Shown here: positions 28,228 through 37,903 of the stretch, in pieces
Position numbering within the stretch: the first letter of the stretch is position 1
Layout of the letters: each line of letters opens with the position of its first letter
DNA from: an uncultured Candidatus Saccharibacteria bacterium
GTDB lineage: Bacteria; Patescibacteriota; Minisyncoccia; Phycocordibacterales; UBA12445
Length of the DNA: 55,633 nt
Reading direction: 5' to 3'
NCBI GenBank assembly: GCA_964649715.1
Contig: CAZYTH010000008.1
Coordinates: 1 to 55,633, forward strand
Position numbers and translations under genes: made by a program
Notes under the pieces: model-generated
Seen by the model: only the letters and a program-made list of their open reading frames with translations
What the model was told of the DNA's origin: nothing
Database searches by the model: none

Positions 28228-29631
28228 TTAAAAAAAGGTTTTATGAATAATAAATAAAGAAAAAATAATATAAAAAACAGAGGCGACAAATAACATTAAA
28301 TTAGTAAAATATCCAGGACGGAAATTTTTAGGTAATTTAAAATTATTCATATACAAAAGAAGCGGTGTGTATATCGCCATTGTCATACCTCCCAAAACAG
28401 CACTTAGTGTGAGGAGCGTTAATGGTTGCTTAAATGGAAGCAATATTGCACTGGAAAAAACAATCACAACAAACAAAAAATAGTACATCTTACTCTCGGA
28501 AATATTCTTTATTGGCTGAAGAAATAACTTAAAGGGACCGCTTCTTGAGTTTACATACAAAATATCACTAACTATTCTCGTGAACGCATCGAAAATCGTC
28601 CACATTACGGAAAAAAGCATCAAAAAAGCCATTATTAAAAATGAATTAAAACCAAGACTCCCCCACCTTTCTCCAAATATATGAGCCTGGGACACAGCAA
28701 CATTAAGACCTTCTGGAACAATGCCCATCGGAGTTAAAACAACATATGCATTCAAGCTCAACATAATAAGAGTCAAAAGACCAAGGAAAAAGAAAATAAC
28801 CCCCTGATCTATACGAACGAACCTCATCCATCTTTTCCATTCGATAATATTTTTCTCATTTTCTTCTATCTGAAAACCACTGGAAGATATAGACTCTTCT
28901 TTTCCTGAAATAGGATTTACTATTCTTCCCGCATACTTACCCATACCAAACCTTTTGTCGCGATACCAAAGAGAAACACAGAGATTAAGAAGGCCTCCCG
29001 CTCCGGCAAAAACTATTGCACCAAGTAAAGTTTGCATATTTATATCTGGAGGTAAATAACCAAAATTAAACAAACCAATTATTGCCGATTTAATATCATT
29101 CACAGAAATTATCAAAAAACTGTTAACCAAAAGTAAGATAAAAAAAGTCGGAACAATTATTTTTAAAGAACGCTCTAATATGACATAAGCAACCCGCCCG
29201 CTAAAAGTTATAATAAGAGCAAATAACATACTTAGTAGTGCCCAGTATTTGTAATCTCCAAAACCAAAAAGCTCCCTGAGTATTGTGCCGATGGCACTAG
29301 CCCATCCTGGCCAGATGTACAACATAACCGCAGAAAAAAGCCAAAATGGAGCAAACCACTTACAAACTCTTGACGACGAAGTGAAGAAGCTTTCACCAGT
29401 TGCTATCTCATGTCTAGCAACCTCTTGATTGATAAAATATTGAAATGTTATACCAAGAAGAGCAGTCCAAAAAATTCCCAATCCGTGCTTCACAATTAGG
29501 TGTGGCCAAAGGATTAGCTCGCCTGTACCGATTGCAAGTCCCATAACGACGATGCCTACACCAAAAGCATCTGACCAATGTGGTGCTTTTGGCAATTCTC
29601 GATATTCTCTTTCCGAATATTTTTCTTCCAT
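28228..29631 (-). CDS. Nramp-like (SLC11-related) membrane transporter
   Basis: GLAIGTGELILWP, QYFINQEVARHEIATGE; 11-12 TM segments. Confidence 0.75.
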   Translation of the reverse strand: MEEKYSEREYRELPKAPHWSDAFGVGIVVMGLAIGTGELILWPHLIVKHGLGIFWTALLGITFQYFINQEVARHEIATGESFFTSSSRVCKWFAPFWLFSAVMLYIWPGWASAIGTILRELFGFGDYKYWALLSMLFALIITFSGRVAYVILERSLKIIVPTFFILLLVNSFLIISVNDIKSAIIGLFNFGYLPPDINMQTLLGAIVFAGAGGLLNLCVSLWYRDKRFGMGKYAGRIVNPISGKEESISSSGFQIEENEKNIIEWKRWMRFVRIDQGVIFFFLGLLTLIMLSLNAYVVLTPMGIVPEGLNVAVSQAHIFGERWGSLGFNSFLIMAFLMLFSVMWTIFDAFTRIVSDILYVNSRSGPFKLFLQPIKNISESKMYYFLFVVIVFSSAILLPFKQPLTLLTLSAVLGGMTMAIYTPLLLYMNNFKLPKNFRPGYFTNLMLFVASVFYIIFSLFIIHKTFF

Positions 29632-29637
29632 GATAAA

Positions 29638-30042
29638 TTAACGATTTAAATAAGTTACAGTCAGCTGCAAGACTGTAGCAAAAAGTCCCCAAATCAAATA
29701 TGGAATATTTGCATAAACTATCCACTTGGCATGAGGAAATATGGAATAAAGACCCCATAAAAGAGTACCAACTGTAAACAAAATATCAATCGAGGCCAAA
29801 AGGTTGTTTTGAAGACCAAACTGTATCGGACTAAATGCAAAATTAAACACAAGGTTCAATGCAAAAGGAAGAAGCACAACGAAGGGTATCCTCCCCTTTA
29901 TATACATAAAAAACACATAACCGTAAGATATCGCTATTATTGTATAAAGCACGGACCAGACAGGACCGAAGACCCAAGCAGGAGGAGACCATGATGGTTT
30001 TATTAAGCTTGTGTACCACTCAAAAGTTGGTGTATTTTTCAT
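29638..30042 (-). CDS. tspO: TspO/MBR family protein
   Basis: WYTSLIKPSWSPPAWVFGPVW...PYLIWGLFATVL. Confidence 0.92.
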   Translation of the reverse strand: MKNTPTFEWYTSLIKPSWSPPAWVFGPVWSVLYTIIAISYGYVFFMYIKGRIPFVVLLPFALNLVFNFAFSPIQFGLQNNLLASIDILFTVGTLLWGLYSIFPHAKWIVYANIPYLIWGLFATVLQLTVTYLNR

Positions 30043-30053
30043 AATTTAAAATT

Positions 30054-30518
30054 TTATATTATTATTTTATCTCCTATTTGAATATTATTTTCTTCAATAA
30101 ACCCAGAAGATGTCTCCAAGACAAACTTAGAAAAAAAACCTTCACCCAAAAAATCAGGATAATTATCGGGAGAAACATTTTTCTCGAGCCAAACCACCTC
30201 TCCTTCTGAGTTTAACCACAAAACATCAATAGAAAATTTCATATCTTTCATCCAAATTGTATGTTCCGCCTCTTCAGAAAAAACAAATAGCATCCCTGTA
30301 TCTTTCGTAGTTTTTTTTCTTCCAGAGAGGCCAAGTGTCCTCTTGCAATCACTGTCTGCAACCTCAACTTCTAATTTTTTATCGAATATTGTCAACTGCC
30401 TTCTTTCGTACCCTCCACAATCTTTGACGGTGGGAGAAGTTTCATTCTTAAACAGAAAAAAACCAACCGTAAAGATAAATAATAAAAATATAAGGGTTGA
30501 AGAAATTTCTCTCGTCAT
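30054..30518 (-). CDS. DUF192 family protein
   Basis: VEVADS...GLSGR...GMLFVF...WMKDMKFSIDVLW...VLE...G. Confidence 0.9.
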   Translation of the reverse strand: MTREISSTLIFLLFIFTVGFFLFKNETSPTVKDCGGYERRQLTIFDKKLEVEVADSDCKRTLGLSGRKKTTKDTGMLFVFSEEAEHTIWMKDMKFSIDVLWLNSEGEVVWLEKNVSPDNYPDFLGEGFFSKFVLETSSGFIEENNIQIGDKIII

Positions 30519-30527
30519 GATTATTCT

Positions 30528-31466
30528 TTAAGAAAACAACGCTTGTCCAATAAGAAACACTGCGTAATATGCCAAAAGAGCATAACCCTCTTTTCTTGTA
30601 AGTGCTCGATCGCTTTTATAGAAAATTAGAAAACTAAAAATCACAATAGCTAACGACGTCAGTAAAAAATAAAAGGAAGTATCTTTTTCAACCTTAACGG
30701 ATTTTGTCATCACTATAAAGCCAAGAATAAAATTATTTGCCAACACGGAACCAAAGATGTGACTCAATGATAAATCTCCTGCGTTTTGTTTCCATGATCT
30801 TATTGAAACCATCAACTCGGGAAGATTAGTTCCAACAGCGAACACAACGAGACCCATCACAAAAGTTCCTATATTTATTTCGCTAATAATCTCCATAGCA
30901 ACCCTCACAATGACGTTAGAAGTAATAACCACCAAAATTGCCCCACTTATTATCCATATCACCTCTTTCCATATTTTAGAGAATTCTACCCTTATCGTCT
31001 TAAATTTTTCAGGATAAGAAACATCTCCCATAAATTTATACCTCAAAAGAAGAATGTAAAATAATACCAGGAGGATACCATCAAAAAAACCAAGCTCTCC
31101 ATCTAGACTCAACAAAAGAGGAGATAACAAATAAAGAGCTGTGGGGATATAAGAAAAAGCTCGTCCGTCAGTTGAAATGCTTCTGTTCAGCACCAAGCTT
31201 ATCCCAAGCACCAAACAAAAAAGAACAATAATTCCCCCCATAAGATTTCCAAAAGCGATTTCCGGCTCTCCTATCACCACAGAATTAAAACCAATAGATA
31301 ACTCCGGTAGGGTTGTAAAAAGACCGAGCAAAACTCCTATCGTAGCAATATTCATACCTAACAAAATGGACAAACTTTTTATTTTCGATACCACAAGGTC
31401 AGCAACACGACTCAAAAAATAGAAGAGAGGGATTAGTAAAAAGAAAAGTAATATTGGAGAAAACAT
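30528..31466 (-). CDS. Na+/Ca2+ (CaCA) exchanger family protein
   Basis: Two alpha repeats: TTLPEL...GN..G and GTNLPEL...GS..AN. Confidence 0.88.
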   Translation of the reverse strand: MFSPILLFFLLIPLFYFLSRVADLVVSKIKSLSILLGMNIATIGVLLGLFTTLPELSIGFNSVVIGEPEIAFGNLMGGIIVLFCLVLGISLVLNRSISTDGRAFSYIPTALYLLSPLLLSLDGELGFFDGILLVLFYILLLRYKFMGDVSYPEKFKTIRVEFSKIWKEVIWIISGAILVVITSNVIVRVAMEIISEINIGTFVMGLVVFAVGTNLPELMVSIRSWKQNAGDLSLSHIFGSVLANNFILGFIVMTKSVKVEKDTSFYFLLTSLAIVIFSFLIFYKSDRALTRKEGYALLAYYAVFLIGQALFS

Positions 31467-31651
31467 TTTTAAATTTTTTCTAACAGTTAATAACTAAGAT
31501 TATATAATAAATTTAAAAATTAATCCCCTTTCTATGATATAGACTTTATTAAATAAATACATTATATTGTCTTTAAACTGACCTGTTCGGTATTAAACAC
31601 GAATACAAATCAGTTAAGGTGTACATCGTTAGAAGTAAATTTAAAAAATAA

Positions 31652-31736
31652 GGAGGGTTCGCATAGCGGTCTAGTGCGCACGCTTGGAAAGCGTGTGTGG
31701 GGCAACCCACCGAGAGTTCGAATCTCTCACCCTCCG
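31652..31736 (+). tRNA. tRNA-Ser(GGA)
   Basis: GGAGGGT/ACCCTCC acceptor, CACGC-TTGGAAA-GCGTG anticodon arm, long variable arm GTGG-GGCAAC-CCAC, GAGAG-TTCGAAT-CTCTC T arm. Confidence 0.98.
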
Positions 31737-32086
31737 CACTTAGTTTTTATTATCGGAAGACCCTAAGTCCTTAAACCGATACATAGCAAAAAACACCCTA
31801 TTTACAAAAGGTGTTTTTTCTATTTATTTAAAAAATATTCTTTTTACACTATCTAAAAAATGGTAAAATGTAAGTATGAATTAAAAATTCACCATAGACA
31901 TTAAAGCTTTTGGCCCACAGTGTTTATGTGGGTTTTTTAATTCATTTGGGCGTTTAAATTGAATAGGTATACCTTCCAAAAAACGCCGCGTCGATTATTC
32001 GATATAGCTGTGAGTAAACAAGTAAAGCCTCAAGAACCTTACTTTATCATAACTAGCGCCCTATTACCAACCAGCTTAATATTTCA

Positions 32087-32245
32087 ATGAGTAAAGGATC
32101 AAAAACATTCCCGCTTGGCAGAGACTCTAAAACCGGAGAATTCATACCAGTAAAAGAGGCCCTCCGTCGCCCAAACACCACAACGGTTGAGAGGATTCCA
32201 AAATCCGGAAATGGGGACACAGGCAGAGGTGGGAAAAGAAGATAG
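32087..32245 (+). CDS. Small basic protein (52 aa) with a GRDSKTG motif, absent from the ORF track
   Basis: Hand translation: MSKGSKTFPLGRDSKTGEFIPVKEALRRPNTTTVERIPKSGNGDTGRGGKRR. Co-directional, 32 nt before the GIY-YIG gene. Confidence 0.7.
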   Translation: MSKGSKTFPLGRDSKTGEFIPVKEALRRPNTTTVERIPKSGNGDTGRGGKRR

Positions 32246-32277
32246 TAAAAATGGTCGCTCCTGCTCATTAGCTATAT

Positions 32278-32628
32278 ATGCAACCTTTATGGCAAAAGTG
32301 CCTAGGAAATATATGGGGTTCTTTAGTGAATGTTGATTTGAGTCACCCTCATTTTAATAATCTAGAAGGAGTCTATATTATTTGGCAAGGAAACGGCCCC
32401 GTAATTAGGATTGGGCAGGGCATCATTCGAGATCGCCTCGCGGCACACCGAAGAGATCCAGCAATCACCCGATATTCTAATCTCTATGTAACATGGGCGC
32501 CGGTTTCCGATTTTTATCGTGACGGAATAGAGAGATATCTTGCAAATATTCTGAGACCAGTCGTCGGTGATGCGTTTCCAAATGTGTCACCCATACCGGT
32601 ATCTCTTCCTTGGGCTTGGCAAGCATAA
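32278..32628 (+). CDS. Stand-alone GIY-YIG-like nuclease
   Basis: GVYIIW...IRIGQG..RDRL..H...IERYL matches the GIY-YIG core with its Arg and Glu. Confidence 0.7.
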   Translation: MQPLWQKCLGNIWGSLVNVDLSHPHFNNLEGVYIIWQGNGPVIRIGQGIIRDRLAAHRRDPAITRYSNLYVTWAPVSDFYRDGIERYLANILRPVVGDAFPNVSPIPVSLPWAWQA

Positions 32629-32646
32629 AATATCGTTAAAATTAAT

Positions 32647-32677
32647 AAAATCACCCGCTGGAAGGTCGGGTGATTTT
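32647..32677. terminator. Bidirectional terminator
   Basis: AAAATCACCCG-N9-CGGGTGATTTT between the GIY-YIG gene and the recombinase. Confidence 0.75.
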
Positions 32678-34013
32678 AGTTTTGTTCAATCTCCACAATT
32701 CTTCTTGTAATTTTTATTTTAGATTTAAAGCATCCCATTAACTCTCGCTTCTCCTCATTCGCACCTTCGAGTAGGACATATTTGGCATAAGTTTTGAGAT
32801 CTATGTCCTCATGTTTTTCCCCTGAACCAGAGATGCCGAGAACACCTTTTCTAAATCTGTTGAATCTTTTAAGCTCTTCCTCGAATTTATATTTTATTCC
32901 AGCCTCGTTTAGATCTATCTTATCCATGAGTTTTACGAGTTGTTCTATTAAATCTTCTTCTCTTAAATACATACTTTTACAGTGACGGTCCTTGGATCTA
33001 CCACAACCGTAATAAATATATCTAGCGGTCGTTCCGTTTTTAAGTGGCTTATATTTTTCCTCAGCAGATATTCCTGAGCCGCAGAGACCGCAGATCATAA
33101 GCTTAGTAAAGGCGAATTCTTTATTCTGCCGGTGAATGTCGTCCCTTTTGAGTTGTTCTTGAACCTTATCGAATAATTCTTTTGTAACTATTGTTTCGTG
33201 TTTTCCTGTATACCAGTTTCCGGATTTTTTCGGATATTCAAAGACTCCATAATAAAAAGGGTTAGATAAGGTCCTATAAATATTTCCGAGCGCAATATTA
33301 TAATTTCCGACGGATTTAAAATTCAATTCAAATTTTAGCCAATGATATATCTTCCTACCGGACCATTTATCATTGGCTACTTTCTCATACATCTTCTTTA
33401 CTATCGGCGCGCGGTCGGGATCTATAATGACCTGACACTTCTTATCCATATGTTTCTGATTTAAGTATCCCAGGGGAGCTATCCCTGGCCACAAACCCAT
33501 TTCTACACGAGCTCGTAGTCCTCGTCTTACATTCACGCCTCTATTATCATTCTCAAGTTTCGCTTGAGAACCAAGAATCATTAGGAGAAATTTTTCGTTT
33601 GGATTATTCGTAAATCGTTGTCCGTAGGTTCTGATTTCTAGAAGCAACTTCTGATCCATCAGGTCCACAATTCTTCCGAGATCTCCTCCGTTCCTGGAGA
33701 TACGATCCGGCGCCCACGTTAGAAGTCCGTTGTATTTTCCGGTTTTAATATCCTCGACAATTTCATTAAAGACGGGTCTTTGTCCGGTCTCTTTAGCAGA
33801 ATGACTTTCTCTTTTTATCTCTACGACCTCCAAATTTTCCCGCTCTGCCACCTGAAGCATCTCCTTTATTTGAGAATCGATGCTCAAAATCTGCCTCTCC
33901 GAATCCTCGGTACTTTTGCGAGCATATAAGCAAAAGCGAATTTTAATTGGCTCTTTATTTTCCTTATTTTGGTGATTAAACCCCACCAGGGCGTTGATTG
34001 CGCTTGTTTCCAT
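32676..34013 (-). CDS. Large serine recombinase (resolvase + recombinase + zinc ribbon)
   Basis: CLYARKST (catalytic Ser), PDRISRN, APLGY, NPFYYG, CGLCG...YYGC. Confidence 0.93.
   Translation of the reverse strand: METSAINALVGFNHQNKENKEPIKIRFCLYARKSTEDSERQILSIDSQIKEMLQVAERENLEVVEIKRESHSAKETGQRPVFNEIVEDIKTGKYNGLLTWAPDRISRNGGDLGRIVDLMDQKLLLEIRTYGQRFTNNPNEKFLLMILGSQAKLENDNRGVNVRRGLRARVEMGLWPGIAPLGYLNQKHMDKKCQVIIDPDRAPIVKKMYEKVANDKWSGRKIYHWLKFELNFKSVGNYNIALGNIYRTLSNPFYYGVFEYPKKSGNWYTGKHETIVTKELFDKVQEQLKRDDIHRQNKEFAFTKLMICGLCGSGISAEEKYKPLKNGTTARYIYYGCGRSKDRHCKSMYLREEDLIEQLVKLMDKIDLNEAGIKYKFEEELKRFNRFRKGVLGISGSGEKHEDIDLKTYAKYVLLEGANEEKRELMGCFKSKIKITRRIVEIEQN
33987..34002 (+). repeat. 16-bp direct repeat, copy 1 (inside the recombinase 5' coding region)
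   Basis: CAGGGCGTTGATTGCG, identical to 39313-39328. Confidence 0.8.
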
Positions 34014-34144
34014 ACACACACAATGAATGACGCATACCGCCCAACAAGTCTAGCTTGGTTGACCATTTATTGACTGAATGTCGTGTTCAAATTTATATGT
34101 TTTGGTCGATTGTTAAAAAATAAATATAACTATATATTTTATTT

Positions 34145-34867
34145 ATGAAATTGTTATTTATAGATGAAATATCTGGCAATAAAGAGATAAATAAAGATCT
34201 TTTTGGTTTGAGCGTCATCCAAATAGATCTGACAAAATATTCAAAAATTTGCAAAGAATTTAACGACTGTCTGAAAAAATATAATTGGCCGCAAGACGAA
34301 GAATTAAAAGGTCGCTACTTATTCAGCAGAGACCCCGCTGGACAAAAGAAAACACCCGACGAAATGGTCGCAATGACCGACGAGATAGTGGGTTCACTAG
34401 TTAGCGATAAGAACGCCAGAGGTAACGTTTTATTTTATTATAACTATAATGGAAATAATTTTGATAATTATCTAAAACTACTCAATAAAGCGATAAACGA
34501 CCTGCAGAAATGTGGCAAATGTAATGGTGGTAAAAATTTAGCGATGGTCTTTTTAGATTATTCTGATTATTTATTCAAGAATATCGACAGACTTAATTCG
34601 GAAACATGCATCTCTCTTAAAAAGAGGAATTATGCCCTTCTTGAAAAGATGGTTACCCTAGTTAGCTCCTCAAATAATGCTGTGGGAATTGTCTATGCGG
34701 ATGTTTTAGCCTATATCTGCCGTTGGTTCATTGAAAATCCGAAAAACAACGATCTTACGTTATTTGATTTTGGAAACGACTACAATTTAAAGAGGAAAAT
34801 AACGACCATTTATGGGATTGTTAATAAAATCAAAAGTATAAAATTAGTTGAGCTTAAACAACCTTAA
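34145..34867 (+). CDS. DUF3800-like (RNase H-like fold) protein
   Basis: FIDE.SG, ELKG, FLD, SS...GIVYADVLAY acidic motif pattern. Confidence 0.65.
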   Translation: MKLLFIDEISGNKEINKDLFGLSVIQIDLTKYSKICKEFNDCLKKYNWPQDEELKGRYLFSRDPAGQKKTPDEMVAMTDEIVGSLVSDKNARGNVLFYYNYNGNNFDNYLKLLNKAINDLQKCGKCNGGKNLAMVFLDYSDYLFKNIDRLNSETCISLKKRNYALLEKMVTLVSSSNNAVGIVYADVLAYICRWFIENPKNNDLTLFDFGNDYNLKRKITTIYGIVNKIKSIKLVELKQP

Positions 34868-35233
34868 TGTGTTTAATCTTAAATCGTGTTCCCAAACTCT
34901 TATTATCTTCCACCCAATACTTTTATAATATTTATTAACCTCTTTATCTCTTCTCTTATTATTTTCTATTTTCTGAGACCAAAATTTATTTCTTGTTTTT
35001 GGAATAGTTTTGTGCTTCTTACATCCATGCCAAAAACAGCCATCTACGAAGACCGCTGTCTTTTCTTTTTTAAAAACAAAATCTGGGTGTCCGTATAAAG
35101 GTGAATTTCTACGCCAACCGGAAATTTTATTTAAACGGAGAAATTTTATAAATTGAAGTTCGGTTGTTTTGTTGCCTCCGGCTTTAATCGCCGCCATATT
35201 GCGACTTCTCGCTTCTTTTGAAATACGATCCAT
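34844..35233 (-). CDS. vsr: Very short patch repair endonuclease
   Basis: MDRIS...RSRNMAAIK, PDFVF, FVDGCFWHGC, W..KIENNKRRD, WEHD. Confidence 0.95.
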   Translation of the reverse strand: MDRISKEARSRNMAAIKAGGNKTTELQFIKFLRLNKISGWRRNSPLYGHPDFVFKKEKTAVFVDGCFWHGCKKHKTIPKTRNKFWSQKIENNKRRDKEVNKYYKSIGWKIIRVWEHDLRLNTLRLFKLN

Positions 35234-35234
35234 A

Positions 35235-36359
35235 TTATTTAAAACGGACTTGAAGATTTAGACGAAAGATATTTTTGTCGTCTTCTTTTGCCGCCGTTCC
35301 ATAACCATGCCTTGTTGTGCTCGGTGATTCAAATCTGGTATTTTCATATAAATAATCAAGGAATTTTTCCCTATTATACAAATGGAAACACACCAAGTCC
35401 CCATCTTCTTTGACAACAATATATCCACCCTGCGCTTCAGCTCTACCACTCCATGGTTTTGCCGGAGTCATTCCTAAGGCAACAGCCTCCAAAAATTGTT
35501 TTACTTTATACTGATAGTCGCCGAGATTTAAGTTATATCGGGTCAATGAAGGGTCTCCCGGCAGCGATTGAACCAACTCCTTAACAGATGTTCCCGTGCC
35601 CCTGAAAAAATTTGCCAGCATGGTGGCTATAATTTCCGGCATAACATAATCGATGCGAGCCAAATTACTTCTAAAGACATCGCTTTCCATCCTTGCAAAT
35701 TTCAAAGTTCCGCCTGTTCTATAAACCTCATTTGCACGATCTTTTACTACATTCTTGGTCGGAACAGCATTTAGCGTGTCGGAATCCAACTCGCCGGTAA
35801 TTTCATAGACAAAACTCGTATTACTTTTAGACGCGTTAAGAAGTGTCGGGGATGATCCGATTTCCGATTTAATACTAAAGCCCGACTCTACTTCTGTCGG
35901 GGAAAATCTATCGTGAACAATAAGACGAATATCCGATTTATCGGAGCTTGAGGCTTTTATCTGTTCGCAAAGTAGTAGATTCATAAATTTTTCAGCCTCG
36001 GGGATAGAAGTTTTTCCCTTCCCGATATTTTTTATAGATTCAAAGATTCTACGTACTCCATTTTTTAAATCAGAAATATCTATTGCGACAATTTTTTGGC
36101 CATCGATATTAAAAATCGAAACCTCATTGCCGTCTTTGGCGGTTGTAAGATCATAAACTTTTTTCTCTTTCTTTCCTGTAATTCTACTCTTTTCTTCGCG
36201 GATAATTTTTAAAACATCAAGATATTTATCCTCTATCTTATTGAGATTCTCATCGGCAGCGTATAAAACTTTATCGGAAAGTATTTTTAAGAATGCGTAT
36301 ATTTCACTCCATTCTCCTTTATTTCCTTTGCGAATTTTTTGGATAGAATTATTTATCAT
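35235..36359 (-). CDS. Type II restriction endonuclease, HpaII family
   Basis: GNKGEWSEIY, SDKSDI...GFSIKS, PTLLNAS, FESPSTTRH; sits between a C5 MTase and vsr. Confidence 0.8.
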   Translation of the reverse strand: MINNSIQKIRKGNKGEWSEIYAFLKILSDKVLYAADENLNKIEDKYLDVLKIIREEKSRITGKKEKKVYDLTTAKDGNEVSIFNIDGQKIVAIDISDLKNGVRRIFESIKNIGKGKTSIPEAEKFMNLLLCEQIKASSSDKSDIRLIVHDRFSPTEVESGFSIKSEIGSSPTLLNASKSNTSFVYEITGELDSDTLNAVPTKNVVKDRANEVYRTGGTLKFARMESDVFRSNLARIDYVMPEIIATMLANFFRGTGTSVKELVQSLPGDPSLTRYNLNLGDYQYKVKQFLEAVALGMTPAKPWSGRAEAQGGYIVVKEDGDLVCFHLYNREKFLDYLYENTRFESPSTTRHGYGTAAKEDDKNIFRLNLQVRFK

Positions 36360-37233
36360 ATTTTTCTAAGGTATCAATTATTTCTTTCGCGACAGCGGAA
36401 ATAGCGGGTACAATAACTGCATTACCGAGTTGCTTCATCGCCTGCGAGTTTGTGACGGGGAAATTGTAATTCTTAGGGAAACCCATCATCTTTTTTCCTT
36501 CTTCCGGAGTTAATCGTCTTTCTTTTCCGGATACCAGATAAGAATCCCAATTTCTTCGATCTCCTAAGCCAGATCCGCGACCACCTACACGTAATGTAAA
36601 ACCAACCTTACGAGAGCATTCTTCACCGAAAATATCGGACATCGTCCTTTTTAATGGAATCGGATCCGGAAATTTGAAAGGAATAAACTTGTCTCTAAAA
36701 CCAACCATATATAAACGAGGGCGATGTTGGGGTACATTAAAATCTGTTCCACGTACGATTTTATAATGAAAAGAGTATCCCAGGTCATCTTCGATAACAC
36801 TTTTAATTTTTGCGAAAGTTCTTCCGTCGTCATGTTTAAATAAGTGACTGACGTTTTCAATGAAATAAGCCTTAGGTTTTTTCTCTTTTATTATTCTGGC
36901 AATATCATAAAACAAAGTTCCTCGTGTCTCACTAAAACCTTTTTTATATCCGGCATTACTGAACGGCTGACATGGAAATCCTCCCGTGAGAATATCGAAG
37001 TCGGGAATATCTTTTTCGTTTACTTTTGTTATATCACCGGCAAATCTGTTTTCCGAGAAAATATGAGGCGAGATCTTTTTAAAATTTTTTTCGTACGTTG
37101 TTCTCGCATGCTTGTCCCATTCACTTACAAATTCGCATTGAGCTCCGTGTTTATGAAAAGCGAGATGGAAGCCCCCGATACCTGCGAATAAATCTATGAA
37201 AGTTATCGGTTTTTTGTTCTTTTTCGGATTCAT
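36349..37233 (-). CDS. DNA (cytosine-5) methyltransferase, cognate to the REase
   Basis: FIDLFAGIGG, GGFPCQPFS, ENV, PQHRPRLY, RRLTPEE, QLGNAV. Confidence 0.96.
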   Translation of the reverse strand: MNPKKNKKPITFIDLFAGIGGFHLAFHKHGAQCEFVSEWDKHARTTYEKNFKKISPHIFSENRFAGDITKVNEKDIPDFDILTGGFPCQPFSNAGYKKGFSETRGTLFYDIARIIKEKKPKAYFIENVSHLFKHDDGRTFAKIKSVIEDDLGYSFHYKIVRGTDFNVPQHRPRLYMVGFRDKFIPFKFPDPIPLKRTMSDIFGEECSRKVGFTLRVGGRGSGLGDRRNWDSYLVSGKERRLTPEEGKKMMGFPKNYNFPVTNSQAMKQLGNAVIVPAISAVAKEIIDTLEKYDK

Positions 37234-37243
37234 ATTATACAGA

Positions 37244-37903
37244 TTATATTAACCCTTTTTGACTGAAACTCCAATATTGCGATCCAGTTAAAATAATATG
37301 GTCTTTTAGTTCAATCCCAAGAATACTTCCGGCTTCTTTTATGCGATCGGTAATCATCCGATCTTCATCTGACGGGCTTACTTCTCCTGAAGGATGATTA
37401 TGTACAACAATAATAGAACAAGCACCATTTTGAAGCGCTGATTCAAAAATCTCACGTGGGTTAGCTATTCCCTCATTCAGGGTGCCGATAGAGATAATCT
37501 CCCGTTTTATTAGAAAATTTCTGGAATTTATAAGGAAAACAGCAAAGTGCTCTCTTTTTTGGTCGCGAATGTCTGAGCATAGTTCAAATATTTTTTCGGG
37601 AGTAAGTATTATTTCCGGCTGTTTATAATATAATCTCCTTCCAATTTCTATCGCGGAAATAATTTTAGCTGACTTAATCTTTCCCAAACCCTTAATCTTC
37701 GCCAGTTCGTTGACAGTGATTTTTTCCGGTCCTATTTCTTTTATCACTTCTATGATTTTTTTAGAAAGAGAAACAACATTTATGCCTTTAATTCCTGTCC
37801 CGATAATAGTCGCTAGTAATTCGTGATCCATTAGTTTTATGAGGCCGTATCTTTCCAGTTTTTCCCTCGGGCGTTCTAATTTTGGTAAATCTTTTATTTT
37901 CAT
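37244..37903 (-). CDS. radC: RadC-family JAB domain protein
   Basis: PREKL, KGLG..K HhH, PREIF, HNHPSG...S..D...DHII. Start set at MKIKD. Confidence 0.93.
   Translation of the reverse strand: MKIKDLPKLERPREKLERYGLIKLMDHELLATIIGTGIKGINVVSLSKKIIEVIKEIGPEKITVNELAKIKGLGKIKSAKIISAIEIGRRLYYKQPEIILTPEKIFELCSDIRDQKREHFAVFLINSRNFLIKREIISIGTLNEGIANPREIFESALQNGACSIIVVHNHPSGEVSPSDEDRMITDRIKEAGSILGIELKDHIILTGSQYWSFSQKGLI

Noticed and set aside
31575-31620. Weak hairpin upstream of tRNA-Ser and the Na+/Ca2+ exchanger (possible riboswitch)
   Set aside because: Short AT-rich pairing only; no riboswitch consensus I can recognise.
31717-31738. Long direct-repeat attR of the tRNA-Ser 3' end
   Set aside because: Only a 5-bp direct match (CCGCA) was found; the long match at 44433-44479 is inverted, so it is reported as a finding rather than a classical attR.
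32053-32268. ORF-track ORF on the minus strand
   Set aside because: It is the antisense shadow of the better-supported 52-aa plus-strand gene 32087-32245.
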